From assembly GCF_003334305.1 (NCBI RefSeq), contig NZ_QOWS01000001.1: a stretch of DNA of 64,000 bases; one strand, written 5' to 3'. Source of the DNA: Escherichia coli (GTDB taxonomy: Bacteria > Pseudomonadota > Gammaproteobacteria > Enterobacterales > Enterobacteriaceae). This document shows positions 41,194 to 51,711 of this stretch, piece after piece. The notes beneath the pieces are model-generated. The model searched no databases and had not been told where the DNA came from. It saw only the letters and a program-made list of their open reading frames with translations. A program made the translations under genes and the position numbers. Numbering within the stretch: position 1 is the first letter of the stretch; every line of letters starts with the position of its first letter.

Positions 41194-42303
41194 ATGAACG
41201 AACAATCCCAGGCCAAATCACCAGAAGCCTTGCGCGCAATGGTCGCCGGGACACTGGCCAATTTTCAGCACCCAACCCTGAAGCATAACCTCACCACGCT
41301 GAAAGCGTTGCACCATGTCGCCTGGATGGACGACACGTTGCATGTGGAACTGGTTATGCCATTCGTCTGGCATAGCGCGTTTGAAGAGTTAAAAGAGCAA
41401 TGTAGCGCCGAACTGCTGCGTATCACCGGGGCGAAAGCTATCGACTGGAAACTGTCGCACAATATCGCCACCTTAAAACGCGTGAAGAATCAGCCGGGTA
41501 TTAATGGTGTGAAGAACATCATTGCGGTCAGCTCCGGTAAAGGCGGCGTGGGTAAATCCTCCACGGCGGTAAACCTGGCGCTGGCACTGGCGGCGGAAGG
41601 GGCGAAAGTCGGCATTCTGGACGCCGATATCTACGGCCCATCAATTCCCACCATGCTGGGCGCAGAAAATCAGCGTCCAACGTCGCCGGACGGTACCCAC
41701 ATGGCACCGATTATGTCTCATGGCCTGGCAACCAATTCAATTGGTTATCTGGTCACTGACGACAATGCGATGGTGTGGCGTGGACCGATGGCGAGCAAGG
41801 CGTTAATGCAGATGTTGCAGGAAACCTTGTGGCCGGATCTCGACTATCTGGTGCTTGATATGCCGCCAGGCACCGGTGACATTCAATTGACGCTGGCGCA
41901 AAACATTCCAGTAACTGGTGCAGTCGTGGTCACCACCCCGCAGGACATCGCGTTGATCGATGCGAAAAAAGGCATTGTGATGTTCGAGAAAGTCGAGGTT
42001 CCGGTGCTTGGTATTGTCGAGAACATGAGTGTGCATATTTGCAGTAACTGTGGTCACCATGAACCGATTTTCGGTACCGGTGGTGCTGAGAAACTGGCTG
42101 AAAAATACCACACACAGCTGCTGGGGCAGATGCCGTTACACATCTCCTTACGTGAGGATCTCGATAAAGGCACGCCAACGGTTATCAGCCGTCCGGAGAG
42201 CGAATTTACCGCTATCTACCGCCAGTTGGCTGACCGCGTTGCAGCTCAGCTCTACTGGCAGGGTGAAGTCATTCCAGGCGAGATTTCCTTCCGCGCGGTC
42301 TAA
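41194..42303 (+). CDS. mrp: Fe-S cluster carrier P-loop NTPase Mrp/ApbC
   Basis: Deviant Walker A SGKGGVGKSS and CxxC motif (CSNCGHHE); 369 aa from MNEQSQAKS. Confidence 0.92.
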   Translation: MNEQSQAKSPEALRAMVAGTLANFQHPTLKHNLTTLKALHHVAWMDDTLHVELVMPFVWHSAFEELKEQCSAELLRITGAKAIDWKLSHNIATLKRVKNQPGINGVKNIIAVSSGKGGVGKSSTAVNLALALAAEGAKVGILDADIYGPSIPTMLGAENQRPTSPDGTHMAPIMSHGLATNSIGYLVTDDNAMVWRGPMASKALMQMLQETLWPDLDYLVLDMPPGTGDIQLTLAQNIPVTGAVVVTTPQDIALIDAKKGIVMFEKVEVPVLGIVENMSVHICSNCGHHEPIFGTGGAEKLAEKYHTQLLGQMPLHISLREDLDKGTPTVISRPESEFTAIYRQLADRVAAQLYWQGEVIPGEISFRAV

Positions 42304-42332
42304 CGCCTATTAACCATTCTGGTTATTCTTCA

Positions 42333-42372
42333 TACACCGCAGAGATGTTACATTGATGCGGTGTATTAGTTT
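42333..42372 (+). terminator. Intrinsic terminator after mrp
   Basis: acaccgcagagatgttacattgatgcggtgt hairpin followed by a T-rich tract. Confidence 0.55.
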
Positions 42373-42565
42373 TTGCCGCATTAATGAACACTTATTTAAT
42401 ACTGCGAATATTCTGCGGACCTTCGTCCGAAACTCTACAAAGTCGATTGATCATACAGGCAATGCTTCATTATCATCCTTCGTGGCTGTGTAGTGGATGT
42501 ACAGCTATAGTTTGTTATGCACTCATTCTATCCAGGCATAACCTTTACTACAGGGATAACGTTCA

Positions 42566-42847
42566 ATGAATAAGTATTGGCTGTCAGGAATTATTTTTCT
42601 TGCCTATGGATTGGCTTCTCCCGCATTCTCTTCAGAGACTGCCACATTAACGATTAATGGCAGGATCAGTCCCCCAACATGCAGTATGGCTATGGTTAAT
42701 AGTCAACCACAACAGCATTGTGGTCAGTTAACGTATAATGTTGACACCCGTCATCTGTTTTCTTCGCCCGTCAAAGGTGTAACGACAGAAGTGGTTGTTG
42801 CAGGTAGCGATAGCAAACGTCGAATCGTGTTAAATCGCTACGATTAA
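42566..42847 (+). CDS. yehE: Small secreted protein YehE (DUF2574)
   Basis: 93-aa ORF with signal peptide; recognised. Confidence 0.75.
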   Translation: MNKYWLSGIIFLAYGLASPAFSSETATLTINGRISPPTCSMAMVNSQPQQHCGQLTYNVDTRHLFSSPVKGVTTEVVVAGSDSKRRIVLNRYD

Positions 42848-42877
42848 TTTGGCAACCTGATTTTAATTGCATTTAGA

Positions 42878-42920
42878 AAGCCGAAATCATTTATATAAAT
42901 GATTTCGGCTTTTTTATTGA
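42878..42920 (+). terminator. Intrinsic terminator after yehE
   Basis: aaagccgaaatcatttatataaatgatttcggctttttta: perfect hairpin plus T-run. Confidence 0.7.
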
Positions 42921-43139
42921 TATCAACAATACCATTTACATAAATCTACATTAATTGATAGATGCGATAAATAGTTAATACTCTTAAATATTTGCTGTAT
43001 TTATATTGCAATGGTTAATTTGTTTTAAATCAATAAAACAATGTGTTTACATTGCGGCAACTTTTTTGATGTGAGAAATTTGTTTCCAAGAGATACAGAC
43101 TCTTAACAACCAAAAATAAATTTTATTAAGGAACATATT

Positions 43140-43682
43140 ATGAAACGTTCAATTATTGCTGCCGCTGTCTTTTCTTCTTTTTTTATGAGCGCTGGAGTAT
43201 TTGCTGCAGACGTTGATACCGGAACATTAACTATTAAGGGGAATATTGCAGAATCTCCGTGTAAATTCGAAGCGGGTGGTGATTCAGTAAGTATTAATAT
43301 GCCGACTGTACCAACCACTGTCTTTGAAAGTAAAGCTAAATATTCTACCTATGATGATGCAGTCGGTGTAACCAGCAGCATGTTAAAAATTAGCTGCCCG
43401 AAAGAAGTTGCTGGTGTAAAACTCTCGTTGATTACCAACGATAAAATAACCGGTAACGATAAGGCGATAGCCAGTAGCAACGATACCGTGGGTTACTATC
43501 TCTATTTAGGTGATAACAGCGATGTCCTGGATGTTTCTGCACCTTTTAACATTGAGAGTTATAAAACAGCGGAAGGTCAATATGCTATTCCGTTTAAAGC
43601 AAAATACCTGAAACTGACAGATAACTCAGTGCAATCAGGTGATGTGTTATCTTCTCTGGTTATGCGTGTGGCGCAGGATTAA
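43140..43682 (+). CDS. yehD: Fimbrial major subunit (chaperone-usher Yeh fimbriae)
   Basis: Signal peptide, Cys pair, fimbrial C-terminal beta-strand; 180 aa. Confidence 0.85.
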   Translation: MKRSIIAAAVFSSFFMSAGVFAADVDTGTLTIKGNIAESPCKFEAGGDSVSINMPTVPTTVFESKAKYSTYDDAVGVTSSMLKISCPKEVAGVKLSLITNDKITGNDKAIASSNDTVGYYLYLGDNSDVLDVSAPFNIESYKTAEGQYAIPFKAKYLKLTDNSVQSGDVLSSLVMRVAQD

Positions 43683-43720
43683 TAAATAAAATTGCAAGTT
43701 TCTCCAGGTAATAAACATGG

Positions 43721-43746
43721 CCGCTATCCCCATGGCGGCTTTTTAA
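43721..43746 (+). terminator. Attenuator-type hairpin between major subunit and chaperone genes
   Basis: gccgctatccccatggcggc followed by ttttaattt. Confidence 0.55.
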
Positions 43747-43762
43747 TTTAAGAGGCATTAAG

Positions 43763-44437
43763 ATGAAAGGATTATTATCTTTACTCATTTTTTCTATGGT
43801 CCTTCCTGCACATGCCGGAATTGTTATCTACGGGACGCGCATTATTTACCCGGCAGAAAATAAAGAAGTTATGGTGCAGTTGATGAACCAGGGAAACCGT
43901 TCTTCGCTGCTGCAGGCGTGGATTGATGATGGCGATACGTCGTTACCACCAGAAAAAATTCAGGTTCCTTTCATGTTAACGCCACCAGTGGCAAAAATAG
44001 GGGCAAATTCCGGGCAGCAAGTAAAAATCAAAATTATGCCGAATAAACTGCCCACTAATAAAGAAAGCATTTTTTATCTGAATGTTCTGGATATTCCACC
44101 AAATAGTCCAGAACAAGAAGGTAAGAATGCACTGAAGTTTGCGATGCAAAACAGAATCAAATTGTTTTACCGCCCGGCGGGTATTGCTCCGGTAAATAAA
44201 GCGACCTTTAAAAAGTTACTGGTAAGTCGCAGTGGCAATGGATTGGTGATAAAAAATGACTCAGCTAATTGGGTGACGATTTCGGATGTCAAAGCTAATA
44301 ATGTCAAAGTCAATTATGAAACTATAATGATTGCCCCCTTAGAAAGTCAGAGTGTTAATGTCAAAAGTAATAATGCAAATAACTGGTATCTGACCATTAT
44401 CGATGACCACGGCAACTATATTAGTGACAAAATTTAA
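43763..44437 (+). CDS. yehC: Periplasmic fimbrial chaperone (PapD-like)
   Basis: Signal peptide plus conserved chaperone motifs (GTRIIYP, LPxDxESIFYLNV). Confidence 0.88.
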   Translation: MKGLLSLLIFSMVLPAHAGIVIYGTRIIYPAENKEVMVQLMNQGNRSSLLQAWIDDGDTSLPPEKIQVPFMLTPPVAKIGANSGQQVKIKIMPNKLPTNKESIFYLNVLDIPPNSPEQEGKNALKFAMQNRIKLFYRPAGIAPVNKATFKKLLVSRSGNGLVIKNDSANWVTISDVKANNVKVNYETIMIAPLESQSVNVKSNNANNWYLTIIDDHGNYISDKI

Positions 44438-44452
44438 TTGCAGGAGCTGCCT

Positions 44453-46933
44453 ATGTTGAGAATGACCCCACTTGCATCAGCAATCGTAGCGTTATTGCTC
44501 GGCATTGAAGCTTATGCAGCTGAAGAAACCTTTGATACCCATTTTATGATAGGTGGAATGAAAGACCAGCAGGTTGCAAATATTCGTCTTGATGATAATC
44601 AACCCTTACCGGGGCAGTATGACATCGATATTTATGTCAATAAGCAATGGCGCGGGAAATATGAGATTATTGTTAAAGACAACCCGCAAGAAACATGTTT
44701 ATCAATAGAAGTTATCAAGCGGTTAGGCATTAATAGCGATAACTTCGCCAGCGGTAAGCAATGTTTAACATTTGAGCAACTTGTTCAGGGTGGGAGCTAT
44801 ACCTGGGATATCGGGGTTTTTCGTCTCGATTTCAGTGTCCCGCAGGCCTGGGTGGAAGAACTGGAAAGTGGCTATGTTCCACCGGAAAACTGGGAGCGGG
44901 GTATTAATGCGTTTTATACCTCTTATTATGTGAGTCAGTATTACAGTGACTATAAAGCGTCGGGTAATAGTAAGAGTACATATGTACGTTTTAACAGCGG
45001 GTTAAATTTACTGGGGTGGCAACTGCATTCTGATGCCAGTTTCAGTAAAACAAATAACAATCCAGGGGTGTGGAAAAGCAATACCCTGTATCTGGAACGT
45101 GGATTTGCCCAACTTCTCGGCACGCTTCGCGTGGGTGATATGTACACATCAAGCGATATTTTTGATTCTGTTCGCTTCAGCGGTGTGCGGTTGTTTCGTG
45201 ATATGCAGATGTTGCCTAACTCGAAACAAAATTTTACGCCACGGGTGCAGGGGATTGCTCAGAGTAATGCGCTGGTAACTATTGAACAGAACGGTTTTGT
45301 GGTTTATCAGAAAGAGGTTCCTCCTGGCCCGTTCGCGATTACAGATTTGCAGTTGGCCGGTGGTGGAGCAGATCTTGATGTCAGCGTGAAAGAGGCGGAC
45401 GGCTCGGTAACCACCTATCTGGTGCCTTATGCAGCAGTGCCAAATATGCTGCAACCCGGCGTATCGAAATATGATTTTGCGGCGGGTCGTAGCCATATTG
45501 AAGGGGCGAGCAAACAAAGTGATTTTGTCCAGGCGGGTTATCAGTATGGTTTTAATAATTTATTGACGCTGTATGGTGGCTCGATGGTCGCGAATAATTA
45601 TTACGCGTTTACTTTGGGGACTGGCTGGAATACACGCATTGGTGCCATTTCCGTCGATGCCACGAAGTCGCATAGTAAACAAGACAACGGCGATGTGTTT
45701 GACGGGCAAAGTTATCAAATTGCCTACAACAAATTTGTGAGCCAAACGTCGACGCGTTTTGGTCTGGCGGCCTGGCGTTATTCATCGCGTGATTACCGGA
45801 CATTTAATGATCACGTTTGGGCAAACAATAAAGATAATTATCGCCGTGATGAAAACGATGTCTATGACATTGCCGATTATTACCAGAACGATTTTGGCCG
45901 TAAAAATAGCTTCTCTGCCAATATGAGCCAGTCATTGCCAGAAGGCTGGGGGTCTGTGTCCTTAAGTACGTTATGGCGAGATTACTGGGGGCGTAGCGGC
46001 AGCAGTAAGGATTATCAGTTGAGTTATTCCAATAACTGGCGGCGGATAAGCTATATCCTCGCGGCAAGCCAGGCGTATGACGAGAATCATCATGAAGAGA
46101 AACGTTTTAATATTTTTATATCGATTCCCTTTGATTGGGGTGATGACGTTACGACGCCTCGTCGGCAAATATATATGTCTAACTCAACGACGTTTGATGA
46201 TCAGGGGTTTGCCTCAAATAATACGGGATTATCAGGAACCGTTGGAAGCCGGGATCAGTTTAACTATGGGGTCAACCTGAGTTATCAGAATCAGGGAAAT
46301 GAAACGACAGCTGGGGCGAATTTGACCTGGAACGCGCCGGTTGCGACAGTGAATGGCAGTTATAGTCAGTCGAGTACTTATCGACAGGCTGGAGCCAGTG
46401 TTTCAGGGGGCATTGTCGCCTGGTCGGGGGGCGTTAATCTGGCGAACCGTCTTTCCGAAACGTTTGCTGTGATGAATGCGCCAGGAATTAAAGATGCTTA
46501 TGTCAATGGGCAAAAATATCGCACAACAAACCGTAATGGAGTGGTGGTATACGACGGAATGACACCTTATCGGGAAAATCACCTGATGCTGGATGTGTCG
46601 CAAAGCGATAGCGAAGCAGAATTACGTGGCAACCGGAAAATTGCCGCCCCTTATCGCGGCGCGGTTGTACTGGTTAATTTTGATACCGATCAGCGCAAGC
46701 CCTGGTTTATTAAAGCGTTAAGAGCGGATGGTCAACCATTAATGTTTGGTTATGAAGTCAATGATATCCATGGTCATAATATTGGCGTTGTCGGTCAGGG
46801 AAGCCAGTTATTTATTCGCACCAATGAAGTACCGCCATCGGTTAATGTGGCAATTGATAAGCAACAAGGACTTTCATGCACAATCACCTTCGGTAAAGAG
46901 ATTGATGAAAGTAGAAATTATATTTGCCAGTAA
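44453..46933 (+). CDS. yehB: Outer-membrane fimbrial usher
   Basis: 826-aa usher-family protein; start taken at MLRMTPLASAIVALL. Confidence 0.88.
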   Translation: MLRMTPLASAIVALLLGIEAYAAEETFDTHFMIGGMKDQQVANIRLDDNQPLPGQYDIDIYVNKQWRGKYEIIVKDNPQETCLSIEVIKRLGINSDNFASGKQCLTFEQLVQGGSYTWDIGVFRLDFSVPQAWVEELESGYVPPENWERGINAFYTSYYVSQYYSDYKASGNSKSTYVRFNSGLNLLGWQLHSDASFSKTNNNPGVWKSNTLYLERGFAQLLGTLRVGDMYTSSDIFDSVRFSGVRLFRDMQMLPNSKQNFTPRVQGIAQSNALVTIEQNGFVVYQKEVPPGPFAITDLQLAGGGADLDVSVKEADGSVTTYLVPYAAVPNMLQPGVSKYDFAAGRSHIEGASKQSDFVQAGYQYGFNNLLTLYGGSMVANNYYAFTLGTGWNTRIGAISVDATKSHSKQDNGDVFDGQSYQIAYNKFVSQTSTRFGLAAWRYSSRDYRTFNDHVWANNKDNYRRDENDVYDIADYYQNDFGRKNSFSANMSQSLPEGWGSVSLSTLWRDYWGRSGSSKDYQLSYSNNWRRISYILAASQAYDENHHEEKRFNIFISIPFDWGDDVTTPRRQIYMSNSTTFDDQGFASNNTGLSGTVGSRDQFNYGVNLSYQNQGNETTAGANLTWNAPVATVNGSYSQSSTYRQAGASVSGGIVAWSGGVNLANRLSETFAVMNAPGIKDAYVNGQKYRTTNRNGVVVYDGMTPYRENHLMLDVSQSDSEAELRGNRKIAAPYRGAVVLVNFDTDQRKPWFIKALRADGQPLMFGYEVNDIHGHNIGVVGQGSQLFIRTNEVPPSVNVAIDKQQGLSCTITFGKEIDESRNYICQ

Positions 46934-46948
46934 TAGTCAGGTGGTTCT

Positions 46949-47983
46949 ATGGAAATTCGCATAATGCTATTTATATTAATGATGATGGTTATGCCTGTGA
47001 GCTATGCGGCATGTTATAGTGAGTTATCTGTTCAGCACAACTTGGTTGTTCAGGGGGATTTTGCACTTACTCAAACACAAATGGCGACATATGAGCATAA
47101 TTTTAATGATTCGTCATGCGTAAGTACAAATACTATCACCCCTATGAGCCCGTCGGATATTATTGTTGGACTTTATAACGATACCATAAAATTAAATTTA
47201 CATTTTGAATGGACCAATAAAAACAACATCACGTTGTCAAATAATCAGACCAGTTTCACCAGTGGTTATTCAGTTACGGTGACACCTGCGGCCAGTAATG
47301 CAAAAGTGAATGTTTCTGCGGGGGGCGGCGGTTCAGTGATGATTAATGGTGTTGCGACATTATCCAGCGCTTCATCATCGACACGCGGGAGTGCCGCAGT
47401 ACAATTTCTACTGTGTTTATTAGGTGGCAAGTCATGGGATGCATGTGTAAATAGCTACAGAAATGCATTGGCACAAAATGCAGGTGTCTATTCCTTTAAT
47501 CTGACATTGTCATACAACCCGATAACCACAACCTGCAAACCGGATGATTTATTAATTACTTTAGACAGTATTCCCGTTTCACAATTACCAGCCACAGGTA
47601 ACAAAGCAACAATAAATAGTAAAAAAGAGGATATTATTCTGCGTTGTAAAAATTTATTAGGTCAACAAAATCAAACATCACGGAAAATGCAGGTGTATTT
47701 ATCAAGTTCTGACTTGTTAACCAACAGCAACACAATACTGAAAGGTGCGGAAGATAATGGCGTAGGATTTATTCTTGAAAGTAATGGTTCGCCAGTCACA
47801 CTTTTAAATATCACTAACAGCAGTAAAGGATATACAAATTTAAAGGAAGTTGCGGCGAAGTCAAAACTTACAGATACAACGGTTTCAATTCCGATAACTG
47901 CCAGTTACTACGTCTACGATACAAATAAAATTAAATCTGGCGCACTGGAGGCAACCGCATTAATCAACGTGAAATACGACTAA
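46949..47983 (+). CDS. yehA: Fimbrial tip adhesin-like subunit
   Basis: 344-aa secreted protein with fimbrial C-terminal domain; last gene of the operon. Confidence 0.8.
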   Translation: MEIRIMLFILMMMVMPVSYAACYSELSVQHNLVVQGDFALTQTQMATYEHNFNDSSCVSTNTITPMSPSDIIVGLYNDTIKLNLHFEWTNKNNITLSNNQTSFTSGYSVTVTPAASNAKVNVSAGGGGSVMINGVATLSSASSSTRGSAAVQFLLCLLGGKSWDACVNSYRNALAQNAGVYSFNLTLSYNPITTTCKPDDLLITLDSIPVSQLPATGNKATINSKKEDIILRCKNLLGQQNQTSRKMQVYLSSSDLLTNSNTILKGAEDNGVGFILESNGSPVTLLNITNSSKGYTNLKEVAAKSKLTDTTVSIPITASYYVYDTNKIKSGALEATALINVKYD

Positions 47984-48038
47984 TAACAAGCAAGACGAGC
48001 AAGTGGCTAATAATAAAAAATAACAAGGTGTCTGCATT

Positions 48039-48066
48039 TCCCCCTCATGATGAGGGGGCTTTTTTT
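48039..48066. terminator. Bidirectional intrinsic terminator between convergent yehA and rcnB
   Basis: cccctcatgatgaggggg flanked by A-run and T-run. Confidence 0.7.
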
Positions 48067-48403
48067 AGCGATGATAAAAAATCTCACCGTCGTAGGCTTT
48101 AATGATTTTACCGTCGGTGTCGCTGATCAACACGTACGCGCCACCCATATAGGTCCAGTGCGTCCCGGCATCAGGCGCGGGCAGGTTACGTAACTGCCAC
48201 TGCTTAATGTTGTACTCATCGGTGCGGTACATCTCTGGGACGGTATCGCCTGGTTTGAAATGCTTAAAGTCAGCAATGAAACTGCTTAACTCATACTTAG
48301 AAATTCCCGAGGTATTGGTCGAACCCGCGGTGGCTGGTGCGGCCCAGGCGGCACTGGTAACCAGCAAAAGCGCACCCAGCAACATCTTATTTTTAATGGT
48401 CAT
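48065..48403 (-). CDS. rcnB: Periplasmic Ni/Co homeostasis protein RcnB
   Basis: 112 aa from MTIKNKMLLGALLLVTSAAWA; recognised. Confidence 0.85.
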   Translation of the reverse strand: MTIKNKMLLGALLLVTSAAWAAPATAGSTNTSGISKYELSSFIADFKHFKPGDTVPEMYRTDEYNIKQWQLRNLPAPDAGTHWTYMGGAYVLISDTDGKIIKAYDGEIFYHR

Positions 48404-48621
48404 AAACTCTCCACTTTGGGGATCTGTAATATCAGTCGCATATCTTTCCTGCCATACAATATAACTGACAAGCGATATTTTGTTAGTGATCCCATGATTT
48501 CGTAAAAAGTGTAAATGAAAGGATGCCCTAAAAGCATCCTTAGCGAGCAGAGAGTCAGCGGAAATAGCTGATTTAAGAATCATCCTGGGCTGAAGATAAC
48601 ATGCAAGCCTAAAGGATTGAG

Positions 48622-49446
48622 TTATCGCATTATGCCCATGAAGCCATGTACGCCCATATACACACCAACTAAGCCAATCAACAGACTGGAAAAATAGGGG
48701 GCGCGTTTAGCGAGAGTGTTAAATCCGCTCCAGCGTTTTGCGACCTGCTGAACGCTGATTGCTGCGCCAACGCCTACGGTGACCAGCGTTAACGCCAGGC
48801 CAATGCTGAAACTGACGACCAGTGTTGCGCCCAGTGTCAGGGCTTTCAACTGAATGCAAATCAACAGCACGGTAATTGCTGCCGGGCAGGGGATAAGGCC
48901 ACCGGTTAAGCCAAATAGCAAAATTTGCCAGTTGGTGACCTCTCTACCATCAAAGCGTCGTTTAATGTCATTGGCATGGGCTCGTGCATGGGCATCCTGA
49001 TACTCGCCATGTTCGTGATGGTGATGATGTCCATGGTCGTGGTGATCTTCGTGATCGTGGTGATGATGTTCATGATCATACTCGTGCATATTCTCCAGCC
49101 AGTTGCGTTCGCCGCGCCAGGTACGCCAGAACATCCAGAACGCGGTGCCAATAATGATCACTGCGGAAATCAGCTGGAGCCACGGTTCTGCTGATTGAGC
49201 AGTAAAGCGCTTGCTGATCACCATCCCGCCAAAGGCAATTAACCAGACCACTGCGGTATGCGAAATAGTTGCTGCCAGTCCGAGCATCACCGCTTGTTTA
49301 ATGGTGCCTTTGATGGCGATGATAAACGCCGCCATCATCGTTTTTGAGTGCCCTGGTTCCAGGCCATGAAGCGCACCAAGTAAGATGGCGCTGGGGATGA
49401 AGAACCAGGCGTTTCCTTGCTGAAGAAGAGTTGTAAATTCGGTCAT
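48622..49446 (-). CDS. rcnA: Nickel/cobalt efflux permease RcnA
   Basis: Membrane protein with a His-rich loop (HEYDHEHHHHDHEDHHDHGHHHHHEHGEY). Confidence 0.92.
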   Translation of the reverse strand: MTEFTTLLQQGNAWFFIPSAILLGALHGLEPGHSKTMMAAFIIAIKGTIKQAVMLGLAATISHTAVVWLIAFGGMVISKRFTAQSAEPWLQLISAVIIIGTAFWMFWRTWRGERNWLENMHEYDHEHHHHDHEDHHDHGHHHHHEHGEYQDAHARAHANDIKRRFDGREVTNWQILLFGLTGGLIPCPAAITVLLICIQLKALTLGATLVVSFSIGLALTLVTVGVGAAISVQQVAKRWSGFNTLAKRAPYFSSLLIGLVGVYMGVHGFMGIMR

Positions 49447-49483
49447 GATAATAATTCTTAGTATTAATTCGGCAATCTGATTC

Positions 49484-49518
49484 TACTCCCCCCCAGTACC
49501 TGATACTACCCCCCAGTA
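49484..49518. promoter_or_regulatory. Two RcnR operator sites (TACT-G/C tract-AGTA) in the rcnR–rcnA divergent intergenic region
   Basis: tactcccccccagta (49484..49498) and tactaccccccagta (49504..49518). Confidence 0.8.
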
Positions 49519-49566
49519 GATTAATAGTGCTATGATTTTTCATATTCTTGTTAACCAGGTGTTGCC

Positions 49567-49839
49567 ATGTCTCATACAATCCGTGATAAACAGAAACTGA
49601 AAGCGCGTGCCAGTAAGATTCAGGGCCAGGTCGTGGCGCTCAAGAAAATGCTCGACGAGCCGCACGAATGCGCTGCAGTTTTACAACAGATTGCTGCTAT
49701 CCGTGGCGCGGTAAACGGTCTGATGCGGGAAGTGATTAAAGGTCATCTGACGGAACACATCGTTCACCAGGGGGATGAGCTAAAACGTGAAGAAGATCTG
49801 GATGTCGTTCTGAAGGTGCTGGATTCATATATCAAATAA
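49567..49839 (+). CDS. rcnR: Ni/Co-responsive repressor RcnR (CsoR/RcnR family)
   Basis: 90-aa [24 protein letters not shown]...; recognised. Confidence 0.9.
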
Positions 49840-49929
49840 TTTATTAACGCGATTGTAAAACTGCCGTTTTTCCTCGTTTACAACGCGTGCGCTGGACATT
49901 ACCATCCTCCTCTGCGATTTATCATCGCA

Positions 49930-50061
49930 ACCAAACGACTCGGGGTGCCCTTCTGCGTGAAGGCTGAGAAATACCCGTATCACCTGATCTGGATAATGCC
50001 AGCGTAGGGAAGTCACGGACCACCAGGTCATTGCTTCTTCACGTTATGGCAGGAGCAAACT
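49930..50061 (+). promoter_or_regulatory. TPP (thiamine pyrophosphate) riboswitch / THI-box in the thiM leader
   Basis: cggggtgcccttctgcgtgaaggctgagaaatacccgtatcacctgatctggataatgccagcgtagggaa matches the THI element consensus, directly upstream of thiM. Confidence 0.85.
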
Positions 50062-50850
50062 ATGCAAGTCGACCTGCTGAGTTCAGCGCAATCTGCGCAC
50101 GCGTTACACCTTTTTCACCAACATTCCCCTCTTGTGCACTGCATGACCAACGATGTGGTGCAAACCTTTACTGCCAATACCTTGCTGGCGCTCGGTGCAT
50201 CGCCAGCGATGGTTATCGAAACCGAAGAGGCCAGTCAGTTTGCGGCTATTGCCAGTGCGTTGCTGATTAACGTTGGCACGCTGACGCAGCTACGCGCACA
50301 GTCGATGTGTGCCGCCGTTGAGCAAGCAAAAAGCTCTCAAACACCCTGGACGCTTGATCCAGTAGCGGTTGGTGCACTCGATTATCGCCGCCGTTTTTGT
50401 CTGGAACTTCTGTCTCATAAGCCAACCGCCATACGTGGTAATGCTTCGGAAATCATGGCATTAGCTGGCATTGCTAATGGTGGACGGGGAGTGGATACCA
50501 CTGACGCCGCAGCTAACGCGATACCCGCTGCACAAACACTGGCACGGGAAACTGGCGCAATCGTCGTGGTCACTGGCGAGATGGATTATGTTACCGATGG
50601 ACATCGTATCATTGGTATTCACGGTGGCGATCCGTTAATGACCAAAGTGGTAGGAACTGGCTGTGCATTATCGGCGGTTGTCGCTGCCTGCTGTGCGTTA
50701 CCAGGCGATATGCTGGAAAATGTCGCATCTGCCTGTCACTGGATGAAACAAGCCGGAGAGCGCGCAGTCGCCAGAAGCGAGGGGCCAGGCAGTTTTGTTC
50801 CACATTTCCTTGATGCGCTCTGGCAATTGACGCAGGAGGTGCAGGCATGA
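50062..50850 (+). CDS. thiM: Hydroxyethylthiazole kinase
   Basis: 262-aa ORF; recognised; 4-nt overlap with thiD. Confidence 0.92.
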   Translation: MQVDLLSSAQSAHALHLFHQHSPLVHCMTNDVVQTFTANTLLALGASPAMVIETEEASQFAAIASALLINVGTLTQLRAQSMCAAVEQAKSSQTPWTLDPVAVGALDYRRRFCLELLSHKPTAIRGNASEIMALAGIANGGRGVDTTDAAANAIPAAQTLARETGAIVVVTGEMDYVTDGHRIIGIHGGDPLMTKVVGTGCALSAVVAACCALPGDMLENVASACHWMKQAGERAVARSEGPGSFVPHFLDALWQLTQEVQA

Positions 50851-51647
50851 AACGAATTAACGCTCTGACGATTGCCGGTACTGATCCCAGTGGTGGTGCG
50901 GGGATTCAGGCCGATCTTAAAACCTTCTCGGCACTTGGCGCTTATGGTTGCTCAGTTATTACTGCACTGGTGGCGCAAAATACCCGTGGCGTACAGTCGG
51001 TGTATCGCATTGAGCCTGATTTTGTCGCCGCCCAGCTCGATTCGGTGTTCAGCGATGTGCGAATCGACACCACTAAAATCGGTATGTTGGCGGAAACCGA
51101 TATTGTTGAAGCGGTGGCAGAACGGTTGCAACGTTATCAGATCCAAAACGTGGTACTCGACACCGTTATGCTGGCAAAAAGCGGCGACCCGCTGCTTTCA
51201 CCTTCGGCGGTTGCTACACTGCGCAGTCGATTATTGCCACAGGTTTCATTAATAACGCCAAACTTGCCCGAAGCTGCCGCCTTGCTCGACGCGCCACACG
51301 CGCGCACCGAACAGGAAATGCTGGAACAAGGGCGATCGCTGTTGGCGATGGGCTGTGGCGCAGTGCTAATGAAAGGTGGTCATCTGGATGATGAGCAAAG
51401 CCCGGACTGGCTGTTTACCCGCGAGGGTGAACAACGGTTTACCGCACCGCGCATTATGACCAAAAACACCCACGGCACTGGTTGTACGCTCTCTGCGGCG
51501 TTGGCTGCACTACGCCCGCGCCATACAAACTGGGCTGACACCGTACAGGAGGCAAAAAGCTGGCTTTCATCAGCATTAGCCCAGGCCGACACGCTGGAAG
51601 TTGGTCACGGTATTGGTCCGGTTCACCACTTCCACGCCTGGTGGTGA
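50847..51647 (+). CDS. thiD: Hydroxymethylpyrimidine / phosphomethylpyrimidine kinase
   Basis: 266 aa; ribokinase-like fold motifs; recognised. Confidence 0.92.
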   Translation: MKRINALTIAGTDPSGGAGIQADLKTFSALGAYGCSVITALVAQNTRGVQSVYRIEPDFVAAQLDSVFSDVRIDTTKIGMLAETDIVEAVAERLQRYQIQNVVLDTVMLAKSGDPLLSPSAVATLRSRLLPQVSLITPNLPEAAALLDAPHARTEQEMLEQGRSLLAMGCGAVLMKGGHLDDEQSPDWLFTREGEQRFTAPRIMTKNTHGTGCTLSAALAALRPRHTNWADTVQEAKSWLSSALAQADTLEVGHGIGPVHHFHAWW

Positions 51648-51711
51648 GCACCGTACTATAGCTGCTTTGGTTATTGTCAGCCTTTGGCACTGACATTCAG
51701 GGATGAAACCA

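Noticed and set aside
49020-49080. Histidine-codon run flagged as a possible simple-sequence repeat or artefact
   Set aside because: It encodes the His-rich metal-binding loop of RcnA and is in frame with the rest of the protein.
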